Virus record (IMG/VR): IMGVR_UViG_3300025131_000548
Origin: a virus
Reading direction: 5' to 3' (one strand)
DNA length: 20,392 nt
The notes beneath the pieces were generated by a model, which was given only the letters and a program-made list of their open reading frames with translations, had not been told where the DNA came from and did not search any database. A program made the position numbers and the translations under genes. Shown piece after piece: positions 1 through 8,367 of this stretch. Positions within the stretch are counted from its first letter, which is position 1. Each line of letters begins with the position of its first letter.

Positions 1-615
1 GGTGCTGATGGCTATACTCCCCAAAAAGGAGTAGATTATTCTGACGGCGCTGCCGGCGCTGATGGTACTAATGGTACTAATGGTACTAATGGAGCTGATG
101 GTACTAATGGAGCTGATGGCTATACTCCCCAAAAAGGAGTAGATTATTCTGACGGCGCTGCCGGCGCTGATGGTACTAATGGTACTAATGGTACTAATGG
201 AGCTGATGGCTATACTCCCCAAAAAGGAGTAGATTATTCTGACGGCGCTGATGGTGCTGATGGTACTAATGGTTCTGATGGTTCTGATGGTGCTGATGGT
301 GCTGATGGTGCTGATGGTACTAATGGTTCTGATGGTTCTGATGGTGCTGATGGTGCTGATGGTGCTGATGGCTATACTCCCCAAAGAGGAGTAGATTATT
401 TTGATGGCGCTGATGGCGCTGATGGTGCTGATGGTGCTGATGGAGCTGATGGAGCTGATGGAGCTGATGGCTATACTCCCCAAAAAGGTACTGACTATTT
501 TGATGGCGCTACCGGCGCGACTGGTGCTGTCGGTGCTGATGGTATTGCTGGTACTGCTGGTACTAATGGTACTAATGGTACTAATGGAGCTGATGGAGCT
601 GATGGAGCTGATGGA
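1..615 (+). repeat. Coding tandem repeats: 9-nt units (ggtgctgat, ggtactaat, ggttctgat) plus five copies of a 36-nt module
   Basis: The module ggctatactccccaaa(a/g)agg... starts at 10, 118, 208, 370 and 469. A perfect 98-nt direct repeat spans 4-101 and 112-209. Confidence 0.95.
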
Positions 616-690
616 AATACACATCTTCTAAATCTCCAAAGTATGACATATGATAATGAAGGTTTTCTTGTTATACAAATTGCAACATAA
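1..690 (+). CDS. Collagen-like (Gly-X-Y) repeat protein, 5'-truncated; probable fibre or virion appendage
   Basis: Frame 1 is open from base 1 to TAA at 688-690. It reads GAD/GTN/GSD triplets interrupted by five G-Y-T-P-Q-(K/R)-G-(V/T)-D-Y-(S/F)-D modules and ends GNTHLLNLQSMTYDNEGFLVIQIAT. Not in the ORF track because its start is outside the window. Confidence 0.85.
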   Translation, partial: GADGYTPQKGVDYSDGAAGADGTNGTNGTNGADGTNGADGYTPQKGVDYSDGAAGADGTNGTNGTNGADGYTPQKGVDYSDGADGADGTNGSDGSDGADGADGADGTNGSDGSDGADGADGADGYTPQRGVDYFDGADGADGADGADGADGADGADGYTPQKGTDYFDGATGATGAVGADGIAGTAGTNGTNGTNGADGADGADGNTHLLNLQSMTYDNEGFLVIQIAT

Positions 691-1490
691 TGGAAACAAG
701 CTTAGTAGAATCAAACTCAAAACTTAGGGGTAACTTTATAGATTATAATTCTTTTCTTGAATTATCTTCGGAAACAAGAAGTACTCCTGTCAAGAGTTAT
801 GATCCTATTATTGATTTTGAAATATTTAGAGAATTAAAAGAAAGACTAAGACATGAACTAAAATCAAGAAAGGATAAAACTGAGCTTATGGGACTATCTG
901 CTTCTCAGATAGGTCTTCCTGTTAATGCAGTTTATATAGAAAGAAATGATAATTCTTCTGTATTATTAATTGATCCAAAATTAAAACCCAATACAAAGAA
1001 TGCATATCCAGAACTATTTATAAAATTAATTAAATGTCCAAACTCTCCAACTCCATATCATTTAGGATTATTTATAAAATCTGCTATAATAACGTCTACT
1101 ACAAGTAAACCATATATACTAGAAGAAGATCCGAATGATCCAACTTTTAAATTTTCTGCAAATTTACAAAGAATAATTTGGGCTTCTAATGGATTTCTTC
1201 CTGGAGATGACTCTCCTATTCCTATAAACTATTTTAAAGCATGCAATATACTAGAGAATTCCTCACAATTTAGAAAACATTTTAAATGTACTATACATAA
1301 AAGTGAGATCACTAGTATCTTAAAGCAACCATTTCTTTTTTATAGCCTTATTATGGATGATTTAATTATATATAAAAACAAAGTATCAGTTTTACATGAA
1401 AATATGCTAACCTTACTTGCACATAATATGAATAGTGACTGGATAAAATTACCCTCAATAAATCTATTTAAATCTAGGCTTATACTATAA
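690..1490 (+). CDS. Peptide deformylase-fold protein, probably catalytically inactive
   Basis: Colinear with PDF motifs: GLSASQIG (GxGLAAxQ), LLIDPKL (LINP), LIKCPNSP (EEGCLSIP), KPYILE (KPFELE), NLQRIIWASNGFL (CIQHEMDHLVGKL). HExxH is absent. TAATG overlap with the upstream gene. Confidence 0.7.
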   Translation: METSLVESNSKLRGNFIDYNSFLELSSETRSTPVKSYDPIIDFEIFRELKERLRHELKSRKDKTELMGLSASQIGLPVNAVYIERNDNSSVLLIDPKLKPNTKNAYPELFIKLIKCPNSPTPYHLGLFIKSAIITSTTSKPYILEEDPNDPTFKFSANLQRIIWASNGFLPGDDSPIPINYFKACNILENSSQFRKHFKCTIHKSEITSILKQPFLFYSLIMDDLIIYKNKVSVLHENMLTLLAHNMNSDWIKLPSINLFKSRLIL

Positions 1491-1493
1491 TAG

Positions 1494-1522
1494 TTGCATA
1501 GTATATATATTTTTCGTAAATT
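1494..1522 (+). promoter_or_regulatory. Putative sigma70-type promoter upstream of groES
   Basis: TTGCAT (1494-1499), a 17-nt spacer, then TAAATT (1517-1522), in one of the two longest intergenic gaps. The AT-rich background makes a chance match possible. Confidence 0.45.
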
Positions 1523-1546
1523 TAGGTACGAATAAAAATAAACTAT

Positions 1547-1552
1547 AGGAGA
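1547..1552 (+). promoter_or_regulatory. Shine-Dalgarno site of groES
   Basis: AGGAGA 7 nt upstream of the ATG at 1560. Confidence 0.75.
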
Positions 1553-1559
1553 ATTACCA

Positions 1560-1856
1560 ATGAGTTTTAAATTAAATCCAAAACAGAATAGGATAATAGT
1601 TTTACCAGATACGCCTTCCGATACCTCAGAAGGCGGAATTATTATACCTGACGGCGCAAAAGAACGTCCTAATGAAGCTATTGTTATTGCTGTTGGACCG
1701 GGTATATGGGAATCGTCTATAACGGACTATCGTGTACCTGACGTAGAGATTGGTGACAAAGTCATGTTTGCTAAGTATGCTGGTATAAAAATTAATGTAG
1801 ATGATGTAGACTATTTAATCATTAAAGAACCGGATATCATCGCATCATATAGTTAA
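1560..1856 (+). CDS. groES: Co-chaperonin GroES (Cpn10)
   Basis: 98 aa with PKQNRIIV, mobile loop SEGGIIIPDGAKERP, VIAVGPG, GDKVMFAKYAG and YLIIKEPDIIA. Confidence 0.95.
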   Translation: MSFKLNPKQNRIIVLPDTPSDTSEGGIIIPDGAKERPNEAIVIAVGPGIWESSITDYRVPDVEIGDKVMFAKYAGIKINVDDVDYLIIKEPDIIASYS

Positions 1857-2186
1857 ATGCCAAAACGACGCTGGACAACTACTAAAATTTTAAAAAATAT
1901 CTTGGATTTACCAGAGGATAAACGGTATTCTACGTATGTAAAGACTACTAATGGTGCACTCTGGAAAGCTGCTCAAAGACATTTTGGTTCTTGGAAAGAT
2001 GCTATTGAGGCAGCTGATATAAATTATGAGACGGTTGTTAAATGGGGACCTAGAAAAGCCTATAATAAAGGATCTGGAGGTTTTTGTACATTTCCTGGAT
2101 GTAGCAGAAGACATCATGCAAATGCTTTATGTCAACATCATGATAATATGATGAGATATAAACTAAAACTAGAACGACATACCTAA
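1857..2186 (+). CDS. Small basic putative nucleic-acid-binding protein (homing-endonuclease-associated repeat-like unit plus C3H Zn motif)
   Basis: LWKAAQRHFGSWKDAIEAA resembles the HNH-associated repeat consensus (xxxRxFGSWxxAxxAA). C-terminal CTFPGC-x9-CQHH. Confidence 0.5.
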   Translation: MPKRRWTTTKILKNILDLPEDKRYSTYVKTTNGALWKAAQRHFGSWKDAIEAADINYETVVKWGPRKAYNKGSGGFCTFPGCSRRHHANALCQHHDNMMRYKLKLERHT

Positions 2187-2197
2187 TATATATATCT

Positions 2198-2593
2198 ATG
2201 ATAGTGATTCATAACTATGCTGATGGTTCATTTTCACCAGTGCATTATCCTAGAAAATCTTTATCAGGTTATTTAGGTCAACAAGTTAGAAGCGTATTTG
2301 ATTTGGATAGCATAGAATCAATTAAAATAGAATTTGATATGATATTTGAATTTGAATTACCAAAAACAGTCCGAATAAACAGATTTATTAAAAATAAATT
2401 AAAATGCTACTTTGGAAAAACATATAGTGTTATAACAATGCCATCAGTTCAATTACAAATTGCCGAAACCGTCGATGCATCAGAGAATCTAGAAGCCGGA
2501 GATATTTTGTGGAAAGATATAATTGTTCTCCCTATTAAATTAGAAAGAGCTTTATTAAGATATATGGATAAATTTAAAGGATTTAAATCTTAA
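2198..2593 (+). CDS. Hypothetical protein
   Basis: 131-aa ORF in operon context, TAATG-coupled to the next gene. No recognised motif. Confidence 0.6.
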   Translation: MIVIHNYADGSFSPVHYPRKSLSGYLGQQVRSVFDLDSIESIKIEFDMIFEFELPKTVRINRFIKNKLKCYFGKTYSVITMPSVQLQIAETVDASENLEAGDILWKDIIVLPIKLERALLRYMDKFKGFKS

Positions 2594-3837
2594 TGCCTTA
2601 TCTCAGAAGACCAAAGAAAATAAGAACAAAAAAACCTGTAACAGGTGATCAGTCTGTACAACCTTTACCAGTTGTTCCTAGTACAATAACAGCTCTACCA
2701 GTAGACTTACAAATAGAACAATTAGAAAAAGAATATGATGATGATGTAAAATTAAATTTACTTGAAGCTGGAGAAGATAAATTAGATGAATTAGAGGAAA
2801 CCGTTAAAGAAAACTTAAAAGATATGGCTATTATTTTGGATCCTGAAAAGAATCGTATGTTAATTATTGCTGCTTCCCAATTAAAGCAAGAACCTACTGT
2901 AGTTATAGATTTTGAAATTATTGATAGAGCCATAGATATTGCTATGGATTCTTATATTCATCTTAATGGATTTGATCCTGTTTCTGCTATTATGGGTTTT
3001 TATGGAGCTGATGACAAAAATATGCCACTTGCTCCAATTCCCAGGGTGGCCATGGATTGTATTCAAATGCAAAATTTAGAAAATATACCTGATCCAGGCG
3101 ATTCTGATTTTGAATTGGATAATATTGATGAAGTGAATATAGAAACTCAAGAGTTTCAAATGATTGATATTTATAGAAAGTTATGGCTTATTTTTAAATA
3201 TTTTCCAGGAGAAAGTATTAAATCATTTTTACAAAAACTTATGCCGAAGAAAAAATGGTATACTAAATTAATACGTAGCTGTATTTCAAAAGCAATATCA
3301 TGGGTAGAATGTAATTTAATAAATCCAGCATATTTTATTCTTTTTGGTGAAGCTAGAACTTGCGGTGAAGATGTTAAATCTCCGGAAGAACAAGAAGCAG
3401 CTGGAGAAGATTATATGTATGCAGATGGTTCTTTAGATGGAACAGGTATGGATTGTATAGAAGCTTCCGCTACCATTATGCATTGGACTATGAAAAACAC
3501 AGCAGCTAGTATAGACGAAGCAAAGGATTTGAAAAGTTTATTGCATGTTAAAGAACAAAGAAGTAATCATGAAGCAAATAAATTTGCAACACTAAATCAT
3601 GCTATAAATAATAAGGACAGAGCAAAAAGTAGAATAAATAAGTTAAATGAATCTACAAAAAATATTCCTAGATATAAAAAGAGATTTTTTAATGCTCAGG
3701 ATAAGACTGGAAACTTTCCCTTATCTAATGGTGGGCTAAAGCTAGATATTCCTGTACCAGATGGGTCCATGGCTACAGATCCAACTTCTTCAGATATTTT
3801 CTTTGATTCTGGCGACAGTAACAGTGGCAATTACTAG
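2593..3837 (+). CDS. Hypothetical acidic protein with a basic N-terminus
   Basis: 414-aa ORF starting MPYLRRPKKIRTKKP, followed by D/E-rich sequence. No recognised family. Confidence 0.7.
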   Translation: MPYLRRPKKIRTKKPVTGDQSVQPLPVVPSTITALPVDLQIEQLEKEYDDDVKLNLLEAGEDKLDELEETVKENLKDMAIILDPEKNRMLIIAASQLKQEPTVVIDFEIIDRAIDIAMDSYIHLNGFDPVSAIMGFYGADDKNMPLAPIPRVAMDCIQMQNLENIPDPGDSDFELDNIDEVNIETQEFQMIDIYRKLWLIFKYFPGESIKSFLQKLMPKKKWYTKLIRSCISKAISWVECNLINPAYFILFGEARTCGEDVKSPEEQEAAGEDYMYADGSLDGTGMDCIEASATIMHWTMKNTAASIDEAKDLKSLLHVKEQRSNHEANKFATLNHAINNKDRAKSRINKLNESTKNIPRYKKRFFNAQDKTGNFPLSNGGLKLDIPVPDGSMATDPTSSDIFFDSGDSNSGNY

Positions 3838-3839
3838 GT

Positions 3840-4109
3840 ATGAAAAAAGAAAATTTCTATAGACGAGAGATATTTTTAGGAGAATATAGAGTTGAATGGG
3901 CAGATCAAAAAATAAGCTTAACTTGTATATGTGGACAAGAGGAAGTAGAAATATTTTCAGATACTTATTCTACCTGTCCTGCATGTAAAAGACGATTTTC
4001 TATTTTAGAATTAATTAAAGTGGAAGCATACCAAGAATATGATTCAAGTAGCGATCGAGATATTGGTAATACCCTTGATTATTTAGAATCAAATGATTGG
4101 AAATTATAA
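3840..4109 (+). CDS. Small Zn-ribbon protein
   Basis: CICG followed by CPAC in an 89-aa ORF. Confidence 0.6.
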   Translation: MKKENFYRREIFLGEYRVEWADQKISLTCICGQEEVEIFSDTYSTCPACKRRFSILELIKVEAYQEYDSSSDRDIGNTLDYLESNDWKL

Positions 4110-4121
4110 GGATTAATTATT

Positions 4122-4466
4122 ATGAGACAAAGTACATTAGACAAAATTAGAGCATTAAAGGCTAAGAAAAATGCTCAAGAACCTAAACTACTCATTGACT
4201 CCGAACTTCCAAGAAAAGATATAACTTATCTTGATGGAGACGTGTCTTCTGGGGCCATTACTGAACATGTTAATGAGAGAATAAATATTCTTATTAACAA
4301 TGCTGGAGGGTTAGATAAATATGAAGATAAAGGATTTAATATTATACCTATAACCCTCAAAAATGAAGTTAACACTACTCAGGATCCGTTTATAGAGGAG
4401 AATACAGATACTCGAGAAATTGTTAAACTAATGATAGTTATTGAATATGTTAAAAAAGAGAGTTAG
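4122..4466 (+). CDS. Hypothetical protein
   Basis: 114-aa ORF with an AAGGA SD-like sequence upstream. Confidence 0.6.
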   Translation: MRQSTLDKIRALKAKKNAQEPKLLIDSELPRKDITYLDGDVSSGAITEHVNERINILINNAGGLDKYEDKGFNIIPITLKNEVNTTQDPFIEENTDTREIVKLMIVIEYVKKES

Positions 4467-4468
4467 GA

Positions 4469-5113
4469 ATGAATAGAATAATTTTTATTACAGAAGAAAT
4501 ATATGGAACTGGTTCTTCTCCAGCCGATACAGAACCAATTATGCGTAGAATAGCTGAACACTTATTACTTTTAGAAAATAACGGTAATGCTCCTATACAT
4601 GTTTTTATAGATACTGAGGGAGGAAGTATAAAAACTGCTTTAAGTTTATTTGATCTTTTTAATAGCTGTAAATCTCCTATATATACATATGGACTATCAG
4701 AAGTCAGTTCTGCAGGTATTTTAGTATTTTTAGCAGGTAGCAAGAGATATGCTTTTTCCCATACTCAGTTTATGTCTCATCCTGGAACAATCTCAGCAAC
4801 AGCAAGCTCAGTAGACTTTGAGGCTACTGCTGGTGCTTTGCTTGACCAAGGATCAAAAGCAAATAAAATATTTAAAACTGTTCTAAAAATTAGTGAAAAA
4901 AAGTATAAAGAGTTACATACTAAAACAAATTATATATGGGCAGATGAGGCATTAAAACTTAAAATTGTAACTGAAATTTTAAATTCTTTTCCAAAAATAG
5001 AAAGTATAACAGAATCAGAATCAAAATTTTCAAGAAATGATATGGAATTAATTGATAAAGCTGTAACTTACTATAAAACATCTAAGCAACAATTTTTAAG
5101 TATGGAGAGCTAG
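4469..5113 (+). CDS. clpP: ClpP-family (peptidase S14) protease subunit-like protein
   Basis: IHVFIDTEGGS (INSPGG), VSSAG with S81, AGSKRYA, FMSHP with H104, and WADEALKLKIVTEI (AxEAxxYGLVD). Confidence 0.85.
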   Translation: MNRIIFITEEIYGTGSSPADTEPIMRRIAEHLLLLENNGNAPIHVFIDTEGGSIKTALSLFDLFNSCKSPIYTYGLSEVSSAGILVFLAGSKRYAFSHTQFMSHPGTISATASSVDFEATAGALLDQGSKANKIFKTVLKISEKKYKELHTKTNYIWADEALKLKIVTEILNSFPKIESITESESKFSRNDMELIDKAVTYYKTSKQQFLSMES

Positions 5114-5114
5114 A

Positions 5115-5483
5115 ATGCATTTAATTACATATATTGATGATCTTCCTCAGCCTGTTCGAGTCATGGCTAAGAATTTTTATGAAGCTGATAGGTTTGAACC
5201 TGAAATATTTGAAGTAACAAAATTAGAATATGATAACTTAGCAAATAGTGACGATGTAGTTACTCAATTATTATATTGGAGAGCTGAACATAAATTTTAT
5301 GCTGTTCTTGCGGGAGATGCTAAAAGAAAGGTACAATCACAAGAAATAATACACGATCCTTTTTATAAACCAACATCTTTACTAGCTTTTTATGAGGTTG
5401 GAGATGCTGATATAAGAGAATGGAAAAAGAAATATGGAAGACAAATGCTAGATCCCGATCATGCTTTGGAGATGTACGGATAA
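5115..5483 (+). CDS. Hypothetical protein
   Basis: 122-aa ORF starting 1 nt after the ClpP stop. Confidence 0.6.
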   Translation: MHLITYIDDLPQPVRVMAKNFYEADRFEPEIFEVTKLEYDNLANSDDVVTQLLYWRAEHKFYAVLAGDAKRKVQSQEIIHDPFYKPTSLLAFYEVGDADIREWKKKYGRQMLDPDHALEMYG

Positions 5484-5728
5484 TGTTTCCAGGAGGAAAA
5501 CAATCTCTACAAAAGTATTCAGACATGCGTTCATATTTATGTAATTTATATGATGATGGGGAATTAGATGTACTAAAAACAAAATATAAAGAAATTAATT
5601 CATTTGTTAAGATAAAAAAATTAATGGGCAATGATTGTGATTATCTTTTAAGTATATGTCAAGTTATATCAGCAAATGAATTGTTACTACACGAGTTACC
5701 TAATCCGCAAGGCGTGCATAAAAGATAA
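5483..5728 (+). CDS. Hypothetical protein (81 aa; start reassigned from 5420)
   Basis: ATG at 5483 is in frame with the 5420 ORF and forms a TAATG overlap like six other junctions. Reads MFPGGKQSLQKYSDMRSYLCNL... Confidence 0.55.
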   Translation: MFPGGKQSLQKYSDMRSYLCNLYDDGELDVLKTKYKEINSFVKIKKLMGNDCDYLLSICQVISANELLLHELPNPQGVHKR

Positions 5729-5733
5729 AAAGA

Positions 5734-6525
5734 ATGTCAAAAAATAATAAAACTGACATAACTAAACTGGATACGTCTGTTTCTAAAGAGCTAAAAGAAG
5801 CTCTAGATATAATAGGAAAAGGTACTAGTGTTAGATTAGCTGAACTACCTAAAGTTCCTGAGTTACAGCATATATTATCTGCTTTTCCAGAAGAGAAAAG
5901 AGACGATATAGTGCTGACAAGGCACCAGGTCGAGAAGCTATTGAAACATTTAAAGGTTTCTACATTTGGAGTTAGTAATACTCTACCTATGGTTTGTAGA
6001 AATAATGACTGCCCCGTTGCAGAGCTATGTATATTCTATAAAATGGGAATAGCTCCAGAAGGTGAAAGGTGCCCAGAAGAAATTATGTACATGGAACAGA
6101 TACTGCCACAGTTTATTAAAGATATGGGTGTTGATATGGAAAATTACCTAGAAGTAAGTATGGTTCAAGAATATGTTTCGTCTCTTTTAGATAAAAGACG
6201 AGCAGAAAGAATGATTGCTATTGAAGGAGATGTTAAAGAAGTCGCTACTACCGTCATACAGGCTACAGGAACTGTTATATATAATGAACAAGCAACTCCT
6301 TATACTGAAATAAAGGAGAAAGCAGCTAGAAGATTACAACAATTACGTAGAGAACTATTAGCTACTAGAGAACAAAGAGCCAAGTATAAACTTGCTGACG
6401 AAGGAGATCCATCAACTAGAGCTGCAGAGATGCGAGCAAAATTTGAACTATTACAAGCAAAAGAACAACAAGATAAAAAAGCCTTAGAGTCTTCTCTTGA
6501 TAAAGCATTTAAAGAGGTAGAATAA
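5734..6525 (+). CDS. Cys-cluster/coiled-coil protein; candidate terminase small subunit
   Basis: C-x4-C-x5-C-x13-C cluster and a helical C-terminal half (RRLQQLRRELLATREQRAK). Lies upstream of terL and no other obvious TerS is present. The function is inferred. Confidence 0.3.
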   Translation: MSKNNKTDITKLDTSVSKELKEALDIIGKGTSVRLAELPKVPELQHILSAFPEEKRDDIVLTRHQVEKLLKHLKVSTFGVSNTLPMVCRNNDCPVAELCIFYKMGIAPEGERCPEEIMYMEQILPQFIKDMGVDMENYLEVSMVQEYVSSLLDKRRAERMIAIEGDVKEVATTVIQATGTVIYNEQATPYTEIKEKAARRLQQLRRELLATREQRAKYKLADEGDPSTRAAEMRAKFELLQAKEQQDKKALESSLDKAFKEVE

Positions 6526-6526
6526 A

Positions 6527-7228
6527 ATGGCTGGATTTGTTGATGCTATAAAATATCTTAGAACACCACTTGATAAGGTACCTGGAACTAATATTTTAAG
6601 TAGTTCTACTATGCTTGGTAAAGTGGCAGCAGCTAGTGCTCTAGCCGGAGTTGGAGTTGGAGCAGTAGTATCACGAGGGATGGGAGGATCTTCTAATTTA
6701 CCTGCTAGGACTAGTAGACATGAGCGTTTAACTTATGAAGATATAAATTCTAGAGGCTTTTGGAATAAACAAAAAACTCTGACGGGTATGTCTCTCATGT
6801 CAGAGCAGGGAGTGAGAGGTTATCTTGGATATGCTGCAGGTGAAGCTGTAGCAACATTTACTGGACCCTATGCAAACAAAGGTATGCTAGCAGGAGGCTT
6901 AGCTGGGGGTGCTGCATCATTAGGTGCATTGGCTTTTATTAAACCATCCTGGAAAAAAGCCGGCGGTGTCGTTGCAGCGGCGGTCGGATCCGGAGCTGTT
7001 TTAGGAGGAATTACAGCAAGAAAAGTTCAGCTTGCAGTTGCCGAATCATTTAATACAGTTCAAAAGAATTTATATAAAAAACCAATGTTTTCAAACAAAG
7101 CAAGAGGAGTTGGGCCTGGTTATAGATTATGGGCTCAACGCACAACAATGGGAAAGCCAGGACATCTAGGCGTAACAGGAAGTTTACCTTTTGCAATGCA
7201 TTCAGCTAGACATAAGAGTACCGTTTAA
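6527..7228 (+). CDS. Gly/Ala-rich basic protein with glycine-zipper-like hydrophobic segments; possible virion or membrane protein
   Basis: Segments VAAASALAGVGVGAVV, GMLAGGLAGGAASLGALAFI and GGVVAAAVGSGAVLGGI; few acidic residues. Confidence 0.5.
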   Translation: MAGFVDAIKYLRTPLDKVPGTNILSSSTMLGKVAAASALAGVGVGAVVSRGMGGSSNLPARTSRHERLTYEDINSRGFWNKQKTLTGMSLMSEQGVRGYLGYAAGEAVATFTGPYANKGMLAGGLAGGAASLGALAFIKPSWKKAGGVVAAAVGSGAVLGGITARKVQLAVAESFNTVQKNLYKKPMFSNKARGVGPGYRLWAQRTTMGKPGHLGVTGSLPFAMHSARHKSTV

Positions 7229-8364
7229 TGCCTGCTCAAAAAAATATAAGTAAATTAAGTGCTTATTTGACAGAAGTAGCAGGTGGTGGTTATTTAGGTG
7301 GATTAGGACTAGGCTCTGCAACTTTAGCTCTTGAAAGCTCTCCAGCTGGCATTTCATCATTAGATTTAATGCCAAGCCCACTTACTGCACCTTTATGGGG
7401 TGCTTTTATGACCCCTGTTCGAGCAGCAAGTATTCTAAATCCTTTTTCAGGAGAGGGAACTGGTACAAGAGGCTATGGAATATTTAACAGACAAGCCAAA
7501 ATACCATACGCTAACCCCATAATGGCGGGTCAGTTTGGGCTGAGTTTTGATGCGTCAGGGGCGAAGATAAGAACAGGAAGAAATTTTCAAAAAGCCTTCC
7601 CATTCCTTGGTCCCAAAACGGAATTTTATCGAAAACTAAAGTCAATTGAATATGGCGGGCCAATAGGTTTTAGAACTTTATTAACTGGAATGCCTGACAA
7701 GATGGGAATAAAACAAGGGTTTGCGTTAGGTTCAAGACTTTCTATAGGTAATATGGTTTTATCTGCAACTGAATCTGTAGGCCATGCAGCTATATCTGCT
7801 GGCTGGGAAGCTCCAATGTTTAGAACAATGAGGCATGCTAAATCTTTAGGCTTAGCAGGAATGCTAAATCTGGTTGATGATGCAGATTTTTTAAGTAAAA
7901 CTCCAGATAAATTGAAGTCTGCCTGGTTATATAAATTGGCCGGTGTTGATCCTAAAACACTAAAAGTTGGCGCTGAGATTACGTATGCAAAAGGAGTTAG
8001 TAAGTTTGCTCCCAAAATAACTGAGGTTGGTAAACTGGCACTTGGAGCTGGCGGTGCTGCTAAAGCATTTGCTACTGCTGCGGCTGGTTTTTCTTTATAT
8101 ACATATTTAGATCTTATGAGCGGGGCTGTAAAATTTACAGCAGATACTTTTGTAAAAGGAATAGGCGGATTAGCTGTTAGTATAAATCAATGGTTAGACG
8201 AACGAAAAGGATTAGAATTAGGATATGGAAGACTTCCTACTGCTATGATATCTTCGGCCGCAGCGACTGAAAGACAAAGAGCAGTTCGAGCTTCTTATGG
8301 AGCAAAAATAAATCCAAGAAATAGATTAATGGGAAATGAAGCAACTTATCACCATACGAGATAA
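7228..8364 (+). CDS. Gly/Ala-rich basic protein; possible virion or membrane protein
   Basis: 378 aa with GGGYLGGLGLG and LALGAGGAAKAFATAAAGFSL segments. TAATG-coupled to the preceding gene of similar composition. Confidence 0.5.
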   Translation: MPAQKNISKLSAYLTEVAGGGYLGGLGLGSATLALESSPAGISSLDLMPSPLTAPLWGAFMTPVRAASILNPFSGEGTGTRGYGIFNRQAKIPYANPIMAGQFGLSFDASGAKIRTGRNFQKAFPFLGPKTEFYRKLKSIEYGGPIGFRTLLTGMPDKMGIKQGFALGSRLSIGNMVLSATESVGHAAISAGWEAPMFRTMRHAKSLGLAGMLNLVDDADFLSKTPDKLKSAWLYKLAGVDPKTLKVGAEITYAKGVSKFAPKITEVGKLALGAGGAAKAFATAAAGFSLYTYLDLMSGAVKFTADTFVKGIGGLAVSINQWLDERKGLELGYGRLPTAMISSAAATERQRAVRASYGAKINPRNRLMGNEATYHHTR

Positions 8365-8367
8365 TTA

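Noticed and set aside
1-510. Regularly recurring 36-nt module resembling a CRISPR repeat
   Set aside because: The intervening sequences are low-complexity 9-nt codon repeats rather than unique spacers, everything is in frame, and no cas genes are present.
401-631. 76-aa hydrophobic MVL/MEL repeat ORF from the track
   Set aside because: It is the +1 shadow of the collagen repeat; frame 1 is open throughout and gives a coherent Gly-X-Y protein.
3835-5113. Stop-codon reassignment (TAG or TGA), as seen in some large phages
   Set aside because: Long genes are intact in the standard code. The three TAG stops are each followed within 2 nt by the next start, and readthrough ends within a few codons. 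TGA is unused as a stop here, but Trp is encoded by TGG and no gene needs an in-frame TGA.
5420-5482. Longer start for the 5420-5728 ORF
   Set aside because: It needs a 64-nt overlap, whereas ATG 5483 gives the TAATG coupling common in this window.
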